DNA of 63,921 bases, filler included. It is 5 parts of 5 records of this genome, joined end to end, with 100 filler letters (N's around TTAATTAATTAA, not from the genome) between each part and the next. Parts side by side here need not be neighbours in the genome. Positions count along the whole stretch, not along the records: positions 1 to 27,063 come from DRR723986_10061; 4 more parts are not named here. One strand, 5' to 3'. Below are positions 9,681 through 20,244 of this stretch, piece after piece. The first letter of the stretch is position 1; every line of letters begins with the position of its first letter. The translations under genes were made by a program, and so were the position numbers. The notes under the pieces are model-generated. The model had not been told where the DNA came from and searched no databases. It was given only the letters and a program-made list of their open reading frames with translations.

Positions 9681-9717
9681 TCCCGCATCCTATTGGCGCC
9701 GGGCTAATGGCCTAGCC

Positions 9718-10575
9718 TTAGCCGTAACGACCTGTTATGTAATCTTCAGTTTGTTTATTGGTCGGATTGGTAAACAAGGTATCCGTATTATCAAACTCGA
9801 TCAGTTTGCCCATATACATAAATGCAGTGTAGTCAGAGACTCGCGCTGCCTGCTGCATATTATGCGTAACGATGACAATCGTGTACTTGTCTTTCAGCTC
9901 ATTGATCAGTTCTTCGATCTTGAGCGTTGATATGGGATCCAGCGCCGATGCTGGCTCATCCAGCAGCAGGACTTCCGGCTCAACCGCAATAGTGCGCGCA
10001 ATGACCAAACGCTGCTGCTGGCCGCCCGACATGCCTAGCGCGTTATCGTGCAGACGGTCTTTCACTTCGTCCCATAGAGCGGCACCGCGCAACGAGCGCT
10101 CGACCACTTCATCCAGCACCCGCTTTTTGTTCACACCCTGAATACGCAGCCCGTAAGCGACATTCTCATAGATCGACTTGGGAAAGGGATTCGGCTTTTG
10201 AAATACCATTCCCACGCGGCGACGCAGCGTTGCCACATCGACACTGCGGTCGTAGATATCATTGCCGTCCAGGCGAATGGCACCCTCAACCCGGCAAGTA
10301 TCGACTAGGTCATTCATGCGATTGAAGCAGCGCAGAAGGGTCGACTTACCGCAACCGCTGGGGCCGATAAACGCCGTGACCTTTTGACGAGGAATCTCCA
10401 TATTGACGTCAAACAACGCTTGTTTGTCGCCGTAGTACAGATCCAAACCGTCGACATTCAGAGTAATGTCCTCGTCGGTAATAGAGGCTTCATTGCGTAC
10501 CCGGCCGAGCGATTCCATATCGATTGCGTGACCAGCTGTAGCAGTTTTGTTGGTATCCATAAATTTTACCGTCAT
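9718..10575 (-). CDS. pstB: Phosphate ABC transporter ATPase PstB
   Basis: [41 protein letters not shown]. Confidence 0.97.
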   Translation of the reverse strand: MTVKFMDTNKTATAGHAIDMESLGRVRNEASITDEDITLNVDGLDLYYGDKQALFDVNMEIPRQKVTAFIGPSGCGKSTLLRCFNRMNDLVDTCRVEGAIRLDGNDIYDRSVDVATLRRRVGMVFQKPNPFPKSIYENVAYGLRIQGVNKKRVLDEVVERSLRGAALWDEVKDRLHDNALGMSGGQQQRLVIARTIAVEPEVLLLDEPASALDPISTLKIEELINELKDKYTIVIVTHNMQQAARVSDYTAFMYMGKLIEFDNTDTLFTNPTNKQTEDYITGRYG

Positions 10576-10586
10576 GGCTGTGCCAA

Positions 10587-12287
10587 TTACATTTCCAGAG
10601 ATTTGTATTTTTCGCGCAGATGATTCCGCAGTGCCACGGCACTGAGGTTCAGCAGCGCAATGATAATCACCAACAGCAATGCCGTAGCGTACACCAGTGG
10701 CCGCGCTGCTTCGACATTCGGGCTTTGAAAACCAACATCATAGATGTGGAAGCCCAAGTGCATAAACTTCTGATCGAGGTGGAAGTATGGGAAGTTGCCA
10801 TCCACCGGTAGCGACGGTGCCAACTTGACCACCCCGACGAGCATCAACGGCGCAACCTCCCCGGCGGCACGAGCAACAGCCAGAATCAGGCCAGTCATCA
10901 TCGCCGGGCTGGTCATGGGCAACACCACCCGCCACAGGGTCTCTGCCTTCGTAGCACCCAGGGCCAGACTGCCCTCTCGCAGATTGCGGGGAATACGCGC
11001 CAAGCCCTCTTCGGTTGCCACAATAACCACCGGCAGCGTCAGCAGCGCCAGCGTCACAGACGCCCACAGAAGCCCCGGCGTACCAAAAGTTGGCGACGGC
11101 AGTGCTTCGGGGAATAAGGCCTGGTCGATTTCTGCCCCAACAAAATAGATAAAGAAGCCGAGCCCGAACACCCCGTATACAATCGAGGGCACACCCGCCA
11201 GGTTATTCACCGCGATGCGCACGATTCGCGTCATCAGCCCCTGCTTGGCGTATTCGCGCAGATACACCGCCGCGATAACACCGAAGGGCGTTACCAGTAC
11301 TGACATAATCAGCACCATGATCACTGTGCCGAATATCGCGGGAAAGATGCCACCCTCGGTATTCGCTTCGCGGGGCTCATCGGTGAGAAACTCCGCAAAC
11401 TTGCCGAAGTAAAAACCGACCTTGTTGGCAAAGTTCATGGTATTTGGCTTGTAGGCGTGGACCACCGTCGACACGCGTTGCTCGCGCTGCTGGCCCTGCG
11501 CGGTCTCGACAATAAAACTGTCTCGGTTCCACTCGGCATACAGTGCATTCAGCTCTTTTTGCAATACCGCATAGGCGGCATCCAGCTCAGCGCGTTCGCT
11601 GTCTATTTCCAGCTGCTTTTGGGCGCGCTCAGCAGCGGGCAACGCTTCATCGAGCTCCAAGCCGCGCTGGCGCAGACGCAGTTTTTCCAAGCGGTAGTTG
11701 ATCGCGCCAATCTCTTTCTTTTCGACGCGCTCGATATCATGGTGAATGGTTTCAGCACGTTCGATACTCTGCTGAAACGCCTGCCACAGTGCTTCGTCAT
11801 CGGCGGCGGCGATCGCCTGGCCATCGCGCTTCAAACCGCGCAAAAAGCCGTAAAAGTTGCCCCACTCACGGCGTTCGAGAACAATCGCTTGTTCTGGGTA
11901 ATACGTGTTCTGCAGGTAGCGACTTAACACCCATTTAAAATCCGCACCGCTGACATCGCGGTTGCCGACTTTCACCAGCTCTCGCTGGATAAACGGCTCG
12001 TCGGTATCGAGTGTAAAGCCAGCGCTGAGCAGCTGCTCGATCGCCACATCCTCGCTTTCAACCCGCTCAGCCATCACCACCGCTGGACTCTCATCCGGCA
12101 ACTGATACTCTGCGACAAAAACATCGGCGGGCCAAAAGTGGCTGAAACCCCGCACTGCCAACAGTATTAACAAACCGATAACGGCCAGTGTGCTGACGGT
12201 CACCGCAGCGGCGTTCATCCAAATCAAGGGTTCGCCGCCCTTGAACCAGGCCGTCAGCCCCTGCTTTTCTTTATCCTGTAAATACAT
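10587..12287 (-). CDS. pstA: Phosphate ABC transporter permease PstA (long form)
   Basis: [36 protein letters not shown]; large periplasmic insert. Confidence 0.95.
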   Translation of the reverse strand: MYLQDKEKQGLTAWFKGGEPLIWMNAAAVTVSTLAVIGLLILLAVRGFSHFWPADVFVAEYQLPDESPAVVMAERVESEDVAIEQLLSAGFTLDTDEPFIQRELVKVGNRDVSGADFKWVLSRYLQNTYYPEQAIVLERREWGNFYGFLRGLKRDGQAIAAADDEALWQAFQQSIERAETIHHDIERVEKKEIGAINYRLEKLRLRQRGLELDEALPAAERAQKQLEIDSERAELDAAYAVLQKELNALYAEWNRDSFIVETAQGQQREQRVSTVVHAYKPNTMNFANKVGFYFGKFAEFLTDEPREANTEGGIFPAIFGTVIMVLIMSVLVTPFGVIAAVYLREYAKQGLMTRIVRIAVNNLAGVPSIVYGVFGLGFFIYFVGAEIDQALFPEALPSPTFGTPGLLWASVTLALLTLPVVIVATEEGLARIPRNLREGSLALGATKAETLWRVVLPMTSPAMMTGLILAVARAAGEVAPLMLVGVVKLAPSLPVDGNFPYFHLDQKFMHLGFHIYDVGFQSPNVEAARPLVYATALLLVIIIALLNLSAVALRNHLREKYKSLEM

Positions 12288-12304
12288 GATGTATCCCGAA
12301 TCAA

Positions 12305-14527
12305 TCAGAGGTTGCCGTAGCGCTGACGCAGACGCTGTCTGACCGTCTCCGCAACAGTGTTAACAACAAACGTAAACATAAATAGTACAAAGGCCGCCAA
12401 GAACAACACCCGGTAGTGACTGCTGTCGACTTCCGTTTCACCAATTTCTACCGCGATATTTGCCGCCAGCGTCCGCATACCCTCGAAGATATTGGCGTCC
12501 ATAATCGGGGTATTACCAGTGGCCATCAGAACGATCATTGTCTCGCCGACCGCGCGACCCATGCCGATCATCAAGGCCGAGAAGATACCCGGGCTGGCGG
12601 TGGGCATAACGACACCAACCAGGCTTTGCCAAGGCGTTGCGCCGAGAGCGAGTGATCCGTAACTAAGGTGCTTGGGCACCGAGAAAATGGCATCTTCGGC
12701 AATCGAAAAGATCGTGGGGATAACGGCAAAACCCATTGCCACACCCACCACCAGAGCATTGCGCTGGTCGAAGGATATGCCCAGATCATTGGTCAACCAG
12801 GCGCGCATATCGCCCGCAAAGAATGCCCTCTCCATTGGTGCGCTCAGCTCAACGCATGCGATTACCAGACCAATTACAACGGGCACCAACAGCAAGGGAT
12901 GCCAGCCTTCGGGAACGCGGCGACTCACGCTCACGGGTAGTCGCGACCACAGCCAAGCGAAAATGAGAATACCCACTGGCAGCGCAATAAAGATACTGAA
13001 TACCGCGGGCAAATTGCGCTCGATAAAGGGTGCCAGCCACAGGCCGGCCAAGAAACCGAGAATAACGGTAGGCAAGGCCTCCATTAACTCGATGAGTGGT
13101 TTAACCTTGCGGCGCAGCGAGGGCGCCATGAAATACGCGGTGTAAATCGCACCACAAATCGCCAATGGCGCCGCAATTAACATGGCATAAAAAGCGGCTT
13201 TCAGGGTGCCAAAGGCCAGCGGTGCAAAGCTGTACTTCGGCTCAAAATCATTGTCTGCCGCCGAGGACTGCCAAACATAGTCGGGCTCGGGGTAGCTTTC
13301 GTACCACACCTTGCTCCACAGCACAGACCAAGAGACCTCGGGGTGCTCATTTTCCACGGCGAAGCTACGGATCTCCCCTCCCTGCAACTCGACAAGGAGG
13401 CGATCCGCCCGCGGCGAAATTGCCATGCCAAGCACATTTTTTAATTCCAGCTCTTCACTCAGCAAACGGCGTTGCGACGTGCTGTAGAAGATATCGAGGT
13501 GGCCGTCATCGGTAATGCTGACAAAGCCTTTGCGGCGGTGTTCGGTCAGCAGCATCGCGGAGGGGCCACCTGCCGTAAACTCGCGCACAAACTGCAAACC
13601 GTATTGCCCGCCCTGCTGAGCATTGCGAACCACGAACCACTGGGACACGCTGCCATCCTCGGCGGCGGTGAGCAAAGAAATACCGCCTAACAAAAAGCGT
13701 ACATCACTCAGTGCCGCGCCATCGGTCACTTCGCCGCGATCAACGATCTCCAGGCTGCGCAGGCTAATCAACCGGTAGCCACCTTGCTGGCTCAACACGT
13801 ACAGCCACTGCTGGCGAGGCCCGATCAATAGATAGTCGGCGGAGATATCCAGCGTTGGCAATGCCAGGTTTTCTTCGACCAGGGTGATTTCTTCACTGAG
13901 GAAGTCTTCTTCTTTGGTCCAGCGGCGTCCGACCAAATGGCCGTCACTCACGGCGACCACCACCAGGGCTTCCTCACTGTCGCGCACGGCCAGTCGGCTC
14001 AGGGCCGCGTCGCTAATTTCCATGCCGGCTTCGCCATAGGGAAAGCGCAGAGACGGCGTAATCAGGCGTTGATCCTCGGGGTAGCTCACGCGATAGTCAT
14101 GTTTGGCCAGTAGAGCCCGACCGTCTTCCATACCCACCGCGAATACGCGGGTTTCTTCTGACTCCAGTGCAAAGCTGCTAATCGCTGCAGTCGTTGGCAG
14201 CGACCGCTTGAGAACCTGTTGACCATTCTCGGTATTAAAAAATACGGCATCCCCGTTTTCGGCAAGGCGAAATCCCACCTCGGCCTGTTCTTCCATTGCC
14301 AGATACAATGGCGCGGCGGCCACTGGCAGTTGGTACTGTTCCTCTGACTCGATGCCAGCCGAATTAAACAGCGGCAGAATTTCATACAGCAGATAGAAAA
14401 AGATCAGCAGAATGGACAGCAATACCCCAACACCACCGCCGGTGATAGTTGCTGTGGTCATGCCATCTTTGACTTGGCGCCATCTGCGTTGGGCCGATGC
14501 AGTTGCGCGCACCTCTGATTGCTTCAT
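12305..14527 (-). CDS. pstC: Phosphate ABC transporter permease PstC (long form)
   Basis: PLAFGTLKAA, ELMEALPTVILG, GRAVGETMIVLMATGN; start set at ATG 14527 because the upstream ORF extension runs through a Pho-box promoter. Confidence 0.92.
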   Translation of the reverse strand: MKQSEVRATASAQRRWRQVKDGMTTATITGGGVGVLLSILLIFFYLLYEILPLFNSAGIESEEQYQLPVAAAPLYLAMEEQAEVGFRLAENGDAVFFNTENGQQVLKRSLPTTAAISSFALESEETRVFAVGMEDGRALLAKHDYRVSYPEDQRLITPSLRFPYGEAGMEISDAALSRLAVRDSEEALVVVAVSDGHLVGRRWTKEEDFLSEEITLVEENLALPTLDISADYLLIGPRQQWLYVLSQQGGYRLISLRSLEIVDRGEVTDGAALSDVRFLLGGISLLTAAEDGSVSQWFVVRNAQQGGQYGLQFVREFTAGGPSAMLLTEHRRKGFVSITDDGHLDIFYSTSQRRLLSEELELKNVLGMAISPRADRLLVELQGGEIRSFAVENEHPEVSWSVLWSKVWYESYPEPDYVWQSSAADNDFEPKYSFAPLAFGTLKAAFYAMLIAAPLAICGAIYTAYFMAPSLRRKVKPLIELMEALPTVILGFLAGLWLAPFIERNLPAVFSIFIALPVGILIFAWLWSRLPVSVSRRVPEGWHPLLLVPVVIGLVIACVELSAPMERAFFAGDMRAWLTNDLGISFDQRNALVVGVAMGFAVIPTIFSIAEDAIFSVPKHLSYGSLALGATPWQSLVGVVMPTASPGIFSALMIGMGRAVGETMIVLMATGNTPIMDANIFEGMRTLAANIAVEIGETEVDSSHYRVLFLAAFVLFMFTFVVNTVAETVRQRLRQRYGNL

Positions 14528-14558
14528 AAGTCTCGGGCTCTTTGAGGAACTGGCGGGG

Positions 14559-14592
14559 ATTTTATGACGATAATGTTTCAGTTTTGTTACAG
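14559..14592 (-). promoter_or_regulatory. Pho-box promoter for pstC-pstA-pstB-phoU
   Basis: Minus strand CTGTAAC-AAAA-CTGAAAC, 10 nt, then -10 TAAAAT. Confidence 0.75.
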
Positions 14593-14594
14593 AT

Positions 14595-14632
14595 AAAAAA
14601 TGTGCCACAAACTCACGTTTGCAGCACATTTT
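14595..14632 (-). terminator. Terminator/stabilising hairpin after pstS
   Basis: AAAATGTGC-ca-CAAAC-tcac-GTTTG-ca-GCACATTTT inverted repeat ending in a T6 run on the minus strand. Confidence 0.55.
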
Positions 14633-14655
14633 ACAGCGACATCATGTCGGCATTT

Positions 14656-15624
14656 TTACAGCTCTAGCTTTTTGCGAATTTTCTCTACAACGCTTGCTGG
14701 CAGCGGGATGTAGCCATCTTTGGCAACGATTTCCTGACCCTGCTTTGACAGCACCAGCTTAACGAATTCGCGCTCTAGCGGCGTAAACGGCTTATTGGGT
14801 GCTTTATTCATGTAAACGTAGAGGAAGCGTGACAGCGGGTAGCTACCATTGATCGCATTTTCCGGCGTGGCGTCAACAAAACTGCCCTTCTCATTCTTGG
14901 ACAGCGGAATAGCGCGAACGCTTGAGGTCTGGTAGCCGATGCCAGAATAACCGATGCCGTTAATAGAGGTAGACACAGACTGAACCACTGATGCCGAGCC
15001 TGGCTGCTCGTTTACACCATTTTTAAAGTCGCCTTTACACAGTGCCTTGCCTTTAAAGTAGCCGTAGGTGCCCGATACCGAGTTGCGACCGAACATTTGA
15101 ATATCGCGCGCCGACCACGACCCATCCATGCCGAGCTGACCCCAGCGCTGGATATTTTCCGGGTGGCCACACTTGCGAGTGCTTGAGAAAACCGCATCGA
15201 CTTCGGCAATGGTCATCCCTTCAATGGGGTTGTCCTTGTGGACAAACACCGCCAGGGCGTCAATAGCCACCGGAACCGCAACGGGTTTGTAGCCATATTT
15301 CGCTTCGAAGGCTTCGATCTCTTTGTCCTTCATCTTGCGGCTCATTGGCCCCATGTTTGAAGTGCCTTCTGTCAACGCCGGGGGCGCAGTAGAGGAACCA
15401 GCTGCTTGAATCTGGACGTTAACGTTTGGGTAAGCGCGTTTGAAGTCTTCGCTCCAAAGCGTCATCAGGTTTGCCAGGGTATCTGAGCCAACGCTGGAAA
15501 AAGTGCCCGATACACCCGCCGCTTTTTCGTACACAGGCAGCGCCGGATCAACTTCAGTGGCTGCCGCCACCCACATAGAGGAAAGGCCAAATGCGGCCGC
15601 CATCAGACATTGCTTCAGTTTCAC
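14656..15624 (-). CDS. pstS: Phosphate-binding periplasmic protein PstS
   Basis: Signal peptide, [32 protein letters not shown]. Confidence 0.95.
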   Translation of the reverse strand: MKLKQCLMAAAFGLSSMWVAAATEVDPALPVYEKAAGVSGTFSSVGSDTLANLMTLWSEDFKRAYPNVNVQIQAAGSSTAPPALTEGTSNMGPMSRKMKDKEIEAFEAKYGYKPVAVPVAIDALAVFVHKDNPIEGMTIAEVDAVFSSTRKCGHPENIQRWGQLGMDGSWSARDIQMFGRNSVSGTYGYFKGKALCKGDFKNGVNEQPGSASVVQSVSTSINGIGYSGIGYQTSSVRAIPLSKNEKGSFVDATPENAINGSYPLSRFLYVYMNKAPNKPFTPLEREFVKLVLSKQGQEIVAKDGYIPLPASVVEKIRKKLEL

Positions 15625-15663
15625 AGGTATCTCCCGATCAATAAAATTGGTAACACGGCTGTC

Positions 15664-15697
15664 ATTTTAGCGGCGCTAGATGACGGATTTATTACAA
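15664..15697 (-). promoter_or_regulatory. Pho-box promoter of pstS
   Basis: Minus strand TTGTAAT-AAAT-CCGTCAT, 10 nt, then -10 TAAAAT. Confidence 0.85.
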
Positions 15698-15704
15698 TGA
15701 GAAA

Positions 15705-17000
15705 TCAGTTTACCCGAGTGATTAATGAACGTGGAAATAAACAACTGAACGTACTGCCATGCCCCGGCTGGCTGGAGATTTTCATCTCGGCCCGGTGGCG
15801 CAACAAAACATGTTTCACGATCGCCAAACCCAAGCCTGTACCGCCGGTATCGAGGGAGCGACTTTGATCAACCCGGTAGAAGCGCTCGGTTAGACGGGGA
15901 ATGTATTGCGGCTCGATACCAATCCCGCTGTCCTGCACTTCCAACACACCGTGGCTGTCATCCTGGTACCAACGCAGCACAATTCGGTCATCCTCGGCGG
16001 TGTAGCGCGCGGCGTTTACCGCCAAGTTAGACAGCGCGCTGCGTATTTCCGTCGCCTGCCCTTTGAGCGCAATGGCATCGTCACATTCGATGTCGATCTG
16101 GCGATTGCCCTTGGCGGCCGCGAGGGCTTCTTCGCGCACCATTTCCATCAGCGGGCGGATACGTATCACTTCATGCTCGCTGGCTTGAGGGACGGATTCC
16201 AGTCGCGACAAGAGCATTAAATCTTGAATGAGGTGGTGCATGCGGCGAGACTGCCGCAGCATTTGATCGATGGCGCGATCCCAGCGCGGGTTGTCGCCAC
16301 CGTGCTCAGAAAACGTCTCCAGATAACCATTGATCACCGTCAGTGGCGTGCGCAATTCGTGTGACACATTCGCGACAAAATCTTTGCGCATTTTTTCGAG
16401 ACGGTGGGTTCGCGTGACATCGCGGGCAAACAGTAAACGATTACCCTCCGCGAAAAAGCTGATGCTTAAACTGAGCTGTATCTCGCTGTTTACCGGCGAC
16501 GCCATTTCAAAGGGCATGGCGTATTTTTCAGCTTCGTAGTAGGCAACAAAATTCGGGTTGCGCACTAAATTCAGCAGCTGCAAGCCGACATCTTCATCCC
16601 TGCGCAGCCCAAGTAGATCCATCGCCGCATCGTTGCACCATTCGATGTTGCCGTGACGATCCAGCATCACCACGGCATCTGACATCGATGCAAACGATGA
16701 ATGTAAGTAATCAATAATTGCTTGTAACTGATCACGATCTCCCGACGCATGCTTCTGCATATCGTAAATCGTGTCGAAAATTTGACCCCACATGCCAATT
16801 GCCTCTGGCGGCTCGGTACCCAAGCCTCTATATAACCAGTCGCTCAGTCGTTGAAGTTGCCATAGCAGCCAGGTGCATATCACCGCTGCAACGATAAAAA
16901 CGGGCCACACTCCAAGGTCGAACGCTGTTGCAAACACTGCCGCCGCTGCCAATGGCAGCACTACGCGAACAAGCTCCGTCTTCCAGCCGTAATACCGCAT
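15705..17000 (-). CDS. phoR: Phosphate regulon sensor kinase PhoR
   Basis: FVANVSHELRTPLT, ERFYRVD..RS..TGGTGLGLAIVKH, PAS domain, downstream of phoB. Confidence 0.96.
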   Translation of the reverse strand: MRYYGWKTELVRVVLPLAAAAVFATAFDLGVWPVFIVAAVICTWLLWQLQRLSDWLYRGLGTEPPEAIGMWGQIFDTIYDMQKHASGDRDQLQAIIDYLHSSFASMSDAVVMLDRHGNIEWCNDAAMDLLGLRRDEDVGLQLLNLVRNPNFVAYYEAEKYAMPFEMASPVNSEIQLSLSISFFAEGNRLLFARDVTRTHRLEKMRKDFVANVSHELRTPLTVINGYLETFSEHGGDNPRWDRAIDQMLRQSRRMHHLIQDLMLLSRLESVPQASEHEVIRIRPLMEMVREEALAAAKGNRQIDIECDDAIALKGQATEIRSALSNLAVNAARYTAEDDRIVLRWYQDDSHGVLEVQDSGIGIEPQYIPRLTERFYRVDQSRSLDTGGTGLGLAIVKHVLLRHRAEMKISSQPGHGSTFSCLFPRSLITRVN

Positions 17001-17009
17001 AGAGCAGCG

Positions 17010-17717
17010 CTAGGCGCTCACCCCCGTTGCGGAAAAACGGTAGCCAGTACCGCGAACGGTTTGAATCAGCTGCCCGAAGTCTCGCTCGTCGGTCAGCAGC
17101 GCTTTGCGAAGCCGGCGAATATGAACATCTACCGTGCGCTCTTCAACATAGACATTGGTGCCCCATACCTGGTCAAGCAGTTGACCACGGCTATAGGCAC
17201 GCTCTTGGTGGGTCATGAAAAATTTCAGTAATTTAAACTCGGTGGGCCCCATATCCAAAGGCTCACCATTGGCAAACACGCGGTGACTGGCGGGGTCGAG
17301 TTTGAGGCCATCCACCTCAATGGTCTCTTCCTGCTCAGGCGAGCTGCCGCGGCGCAACACCGCCTTGATGCGCGCCATTAGCTCTCGGGAAGAAAACGGC
17401 TTGGTAATATAGTCGTCGGCACCGACATCCAGGCCCTGAACACGGTTGTCTTCATCGTCTTTAGCGGTGAGCATGATGACCAGCATATCCCGGGTTAAAT
17501 CTTCCCGGCGCAAGCGGCGCAGCAGCTCAATACCACTGGTGACTGGCATCATCCAGTCCAGCAGTACCAGATCCGGGCGCTGATCAACAATAATTCCGTG
17601 CGCTTCCTGCGCATTGCTCGCTTCGATGCAGTCGTAACCGGCAAGCTCTAGCCCTACGCGGATCATCTCGCGAATGGCGGCTTCGTCATCGACGATGAGG
17701 ATGGTCTTTGTGCTCAT
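17010..17717 (-). CDS. phoB: Phosphate regulon response regulator PhoB
   Basis: [42 protein letters not shown]. Confidence 0.97.
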   Translation of the reverse strand: MSTKTILIVDDEAAIREMIRVGLELAGYDCIEASNAQEAHGIIVDQRPDLVLLDWMMPVTSGIELLRRLRREDLTRDMLVIMLTAKDDEDNRVQGLDVGADDYITKPFSSRELMARIKAVLRRGSSPEQEETIEVDGLKLDPASHRVFANGEPLDMGPTEFKLLKFFMTHQERAYSRGQLLDQVWGTNVYVEERTVDVHIRRLRKALLTDERDFGQLIQTVRGTGYRFSATGVSA

Positions 17718-17753
17718 GCTCTTCCCTTGTAGCCTGTGGATGCTTGAGCCTGC

Positions 17754-17787
17754 ATTAAAACGGCCTTTAATGACAATTATATGACAA
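17754..17787 (-). promoter_or_regulatory. Pho-box promoter of phoBR (autoregulation)
   Basis: Minus strand TTGTCAT-ATAA-TTGTCAT, 10 nt, then -10 TTTAAT. Confidence 0.9.
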
Positions 17788-17822
17788 CGACTCGATCAAG
17801 GCGCCAGCCGTTGCCCCCAAGC

Positions 17823-18677
17823 TTAGTCGAAAACGACAGTTTTATTACCGTGCACTAACACCCTGTCCTCAAGGTGATTGCGAAGCGCGCGCGCCAGTAC
17901 GCTCTTTTCAACATCCTTACCCAAGCGCACCAGGTCATCCTTGCTATGGCGATGCGACACTCGAATGACGTCCTGCTCGATAATCGGGCCCTCATCCAGC
18001 TGCTCAGTGACGTAGTGGCTGGTGGCGCCGATCAATTTTACGCCGCGATCATAGGCCTTCTGGTAGGGGTTCGCGCCAATGAAAGAAGGCAAAAAGCTGT
18101 GGTGAATATTGATCATTCTGCCGCTGTACGCACGGCAAAATTCCGGAGGAATAATCTGCATATAGCGCGCCAGCACGACACAATCAGCGGCATAGCTCTC
18201 TGTTAGCTCTTGAATACGGGCGTGGGCCGGTGCCTTGTTTTGAGGGTCGACCGGCACATACTCAAACGGAATTCCATGCCACTCGACCATGCTGCGCAAG
18301 TTCTCGTGATTTGAAATCACACAGGGAATATCACAGTACAGCTCGCCGCTATGCCAGCGGTGCAATAAATCTGCAATACAGTGTGAGGCATGGCTTGCCA
18401 GAATCACCACCTTGCGCCGCCGCGCTGAGTCGACCAGCTCCCACTCCATGTCATATTCCTGCGCCAAGGGCGTAAATGCCTCGCGCACTGCCTCAGCACC
18501 GATACTCAGTGAATCGGCTTTAATCTCGTTGCGCATGAAAAACCAATTGCTGTCGGCATCGGCGTGATGATTGGCCTCGGTTAGCCAGCCCCCTTGATCG
18601 GCGACAAATTGGCTCACTTTGGCAACGATGCCAACGCGGTCCGGACAACTGGTGATCAAACGGTAGGTATGTTCCAT
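17823..18677 (-). CDS. purU: Formyltetrahydrofolate deformylase
   Basis: ACT domain CPDRVGIVA, LARYMQI, INIHHSFLPSFIGANPY, GVKLIGATSHYVT. Confidence 0.96.
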   Translation of the reverse strand: MEHTYRLITSCPDRVGIVAKVSQFVADQGGWLTEANHHADADSNWFFMRNEIKADSLSIGAEAVREAFTPLAQEYDMEWELVDSARRRKVVILASHASHCIADLLHRWHSGELYCDIPCVISNHENLRSMVEWHGIPFEYVPVDPQNKAPAHARIQELTESYAADCVVLARYMQIIPPEFCRAYSGRMINIHHSFLPSFIGANPYQKAYDRGVKLIGATSHYVTEQLDEGPIIEQDVIRVSHRHSKDDLVRLGKDVEKSVLARALRNHLEDRVLVHGNKTVVFD

Positions 18678-18706
18678 CTTTACAACAACATCCTTGCAAA
18701 AAAATC

Positions 18707-19555
18707 TTAACCCTTGTTCAGTATCGCCCGCACCGCCTGAGGCAGGTCTGCGGGAAGTACCACGGTCTTGGCATTGTCGGACGCCGACAGCTCGCGGAGC
18801 GAGTCAGCGTATTTTTCACCCAGCAGATACAGCACGGGCAATTCATCACCTTTAACGGCCTCCGAAACCAACTCAATCGCTGCACCGCTGGCCTTAGCCA
18901 ACACCACTTCCGCCTGGGCGTCGCGACGCGATGCTTCCAGACGCCCCTCAGCTTCGAGGATCGCGGCCTGCTTCTCACCTTCGGCCTTGGTCACTGCCGC
19001 GCGGCGTTGACGCTCGGCAGCGGCCTGCTCTTCCATGGCACTTTGCATAGTGGGAGATGGATTAATGTCTTGGATTTCCACCGTTTTCAGTGTGATACCC
19101 CAGTCGGAAATATCGTCTGAAATCCCCGCCTTGAGCTTGGCCTTGATTTGCTCCCGCGACGACAGGGCCGAGTCCAACGACATCTCGCCTACAATTGAAC
19201 GCAGTGCGGTCTGTACCAGGTTTTGGATGGCAATGGTGTAATTCTCAACACCGTAAACAGCTTTCTCAGGAGAGACGATATTTATATAGGCCACCGCGTT
19301 GGCGATAATCACCGCATTGTCTTCAGTGATAACCTCCTGGGAAGGGATATCCAACACAATGTCCTTGGTTGTTAAGCGGTAGGCCACTTGATCAACATAG
19401 GGAATAATAAAGTTCAAACCGGGGTTCAAGGTGCCGTGGTATTTACCCAGGCGTTGCACAATGTGTTTATAGCCTTGGGGAACTGTCTTCACCCCCATCG
19501 ACAGCGTGACGACGACCAATACAAACAACGCCCCTGTAATTGCTAAACCATCCAT
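18707..19555 (-). CDS. SPFH/band 7 (QmcA-like) protein
   Basis: LNPGLNFIIPYVD, QEVITEDN, AERQRRA..AEGEKQAAILEAEG. Confidence 0.92.
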   Translation of the reverse strand: MDGLAITGALFVLVVVTLSMGVKTVPQGYKHIVQRLGKYHGTLNPGLNFIIPYVDQVAYRLTTKDIVLDIPSQEVITEDNAVIIANAVAYINIVSPEKAVYGVENYTIAIQNLVQTALRSIVGEMSLDSALSSREQIKAKLKAGISDDISDWGITLKTVEIQDINPSPTMQSAMEEQAAAERQRRAAVTKAEGEKQAAILEAEGRLEASRRDAQAEVVLAKASGAAIELVSEAVKGDELPVLYLLGEKYADSLRELSASDNAKTVVLPADLPQAVRAILNKG

Positions 19556-19600
19556 ATTCTTCCCCTAAAACCTCGTGAAATGAGCCCGCCAGTAACGGTA

Positions 19601-20077
19601 TTATTCGGCAGCTTTGGCGCCGCGTTGGCGGCGTACTATCAATGAATTACCTGAGATATCTTCAACAACGACCCGGTCTCCAACGATCAAGGGCTCGCGA
19701 CAAATGTAACTCCATTCGTCATTACCCAGCACTGGTATACTGAAGCGCACCTGCCCCTCGCGGTGGTCCCCAACACGCGTAACCATACCCTCCTGACCCA
19801 CAACCTGCTCGCGCGACATGCCCGATAAACTTTTATCTTTCATACGCGGATGCACAAATTTAAACCAGAGGAACAAGTCGACCGCTGACAGCCCCGCCCA
19901 GATCAACACTTGAACACTAAAGGGCAAATCCACAACGGCGGTGATCAGCCCCACCGCAATGGCGCTGGCACCGAACCAAAGCATGACAAAGCTGGGAACA
20001 AAGACCTCGCTGGCAACCAGTAAAAGCCCCAAAACCATCCAGTGCCAGTACTCTATCGAGCTATTCAGCCAATCCAT
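19601..20077 (-). CDS. NfeD family (YbbJ-like) membrane protein
   Basis: [21 protein letters not shown]-terminal OB-fold; paired with SPFH gene; AGGAG RBS before ATG 20077. Confidence 0.88.
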   Translation of the reverse strand: MDWLNSSIEYWHWMVLGLLLVASEVFVPSFVMLWFGASAIAVGLITAVVDLPFSVQVLIWAGLSAVDLFLWFKFVHPRMKDKSLSGMSREQVVGQEGMVTRVGDHREGQVRFSIPVLGNDEWSYICREPLIVGDRVVVEDISGNSLIVRRQRGAKAAE

Positions 20078-20244
20078 TTGTGCGCTCCTGCTGCCACGCG
20101 ATAAGTGAGAGGCATTATTTAGCCACGATCTCACTTAATAGCAAGCGCCAAAGCTGCAAATTCACACTTGATTGGGGCTGCACCCCCACAGCAAACAGCT
20201 GGGATTTCCGGTACAATGGCCGATCATTCGAGAGTAGCTACGCC

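Noticed and set aside
14528-14629. N-terminal extension of PstC in the ORF track
   Set aside because: Covers a hairpin and Pho-box promoter; similar over-extended starts were trimmed for NfeD, YgiQ, Rmf, MatB, CobO, Ohr, SufE, Rnd and PurM
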